Shown here: piece by piece, positions 63,666-64,000 of the stretch
Layout: the number at the start of each line of letters is the position of its first letter
Position numbering within the stretch: the first letter of the stretch is position 1
From: Phycisphaerae bacterium
GTDB taxonomy: Bacteria > Planctomycetota > Phycisphaerae > SM23-33
Reading direction: 5' to 3'
Assembly (NCBI GenBank): GCA_039683615.1
Contig: JBDKRA010000042.1
Coordinates: 4,295-68,294, forward strand
Length of the DNA stretch: 64,000 nt
The notes under the pieces: model-generated
What the model saw: the letters and a program-made list of their open reading frames with translations, nothing else
Database searches by the model: none
What the model was told of the DNA's origin: nothing
Position numbers and translations under genes: made by a program

Positions 63666-64000
63666 CACGCGCCCTGGCGGCGGGTTCACCATGATCGAAA
63701 TGATGGCCGTGGTGGCTATCATCGTCCTGCTCTTTACCATGTTGATTCCTGCCATCCGCGCCATCCACACCCGCATCATGGCCACCGCCTCCAAGGGCAC
63801 CATCGGACTGCTCAGTTCCGCCTGCGACATGTTCTCCCACGACTGGGACGACCAGTACCCTCCCAGCCAGATGACCGGATACACCACCACCGGCGGGCGG
63901 AACATGTACGGCCGCGAACTGCTGGCGCTATTCCTGACCGGGTACGGTCCCGACGCGGGGACCAAGGGCCTGCCCCTGGACGGCGGGGCGACGTACCTCC
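63634..64000 (+). CDS. prepilin-type N-terminal cleavage/methylation domain protein (partial, runs off the window end)
   Basis: It is not in the ORF track because there is no stop in the window. ATG 63634 gives MIARTGQSASSTRPGGGFTMIEMMAVVAIIVLLFTMLIPAI... It stays open to position 64000 and overlaps the previous pilin gene by 32 nt. Confidence 0.7.
   Translation, partial: MIARTGQSASSTRPGGGFTMIEMMAVVAIIVLLFTMLIPAIRAIHTRIMATASKGTIGLLSSACDMFSHDWDDQYPPSQMTGYTTTGGRNMYGRELLALFLTGYGPDAGTKGLPLDGGATYL

Noticed and set aside
58497-63965. A giant 1822-aa minus-strand ORF, together with similar long antisense ORFs (e.g. 27427-29760, 21107-23512, 32783-34813, 35908-37440, 42210-44000, 45756-47252, 48053-49555, 50283-51560, 52065-53978, 55414-56508, 56605-58446, 16496-18259, 19611-20921, 25966-27228, 29911-31590, 13583-14878).
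   Set aside because: Each lies antisense to a gene with unmistakable family motifs (PilB/PilT/PilC, DnaK, DnaA, helicases and others). Their translations are Arg/Gly/Ala/Pro/His/Asp-rich low-complexity sequence. They are the expected stop-codon-poor shadow frames of a high-GC genome.
1-64000. tRNA, rRNA, tmRNA, transposase, integrase, reverse transcriptase or toxin-antitoxin genes.
   Set aside because: None was recognised by eye in any spacer or ORF translation. Small structured RNAs cannot be excluded without covariance-model searches.

Overview
This window is about 64 kb of high-GC bacterial chromosome, with no plasmid, prophage, rRNA, tRNA or CRISPR hallmarks seen by eye. The gene content suggests, by inference only, a PVC-superphylum (Planctomycetota/Phycisphaerae-like) genome. 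That content includes dnaA without dnaN, dnaK, dinB, several prepilin-type N-methylation-domain proteins and a Cys-type sulfatase. It also includes GH20/GH28/GH127/GH29-like/SASA-type glycan enzymes, three URO-D-family paralogues and TPR-fused PMT-like glycosyltransferases. I call about 48 CDS. Start codons were refined by hand, because the ORF track translates GTG/TTG starts as M and many listed ORFs carry spurious N-terminal extensions. Most long antisense ORFs in the track are high-GC artefacts. Family names come from motifs I recognise in the translations, not from database searches. Five items most deserve a second look. (1) A co-directional minus-strand block at 41.9-48.0 kb encodes an RNase-H-fold MrfB/YprB-like exonuclease plus two tandem YprA/MrfA-type DUF1998 helicases. 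(2) The adjacent 48.1-56.5 kb block encodes radical SAM/SPASM-like, GT2, TMTC-like, GT39-like and SGNH/TPR proteins. (3) At least five families of short dispersed repeats have invaded coding sequence. One is inserted in frame in an esterase gene, others donate stop codons and C-terminal tails, and one forms mirrored tails on convergent genes. (4) A repeat-laden junction at 35.9-36.06 kb lies between a truncated ORF fragment and a sulfatase that lacks an ATG start and signal peptide. (5) An abrupt codon-usage break occurs inside the first of two PilB/GspE paralogues. None of the candidate systems can be assigned a function from sequence alone.
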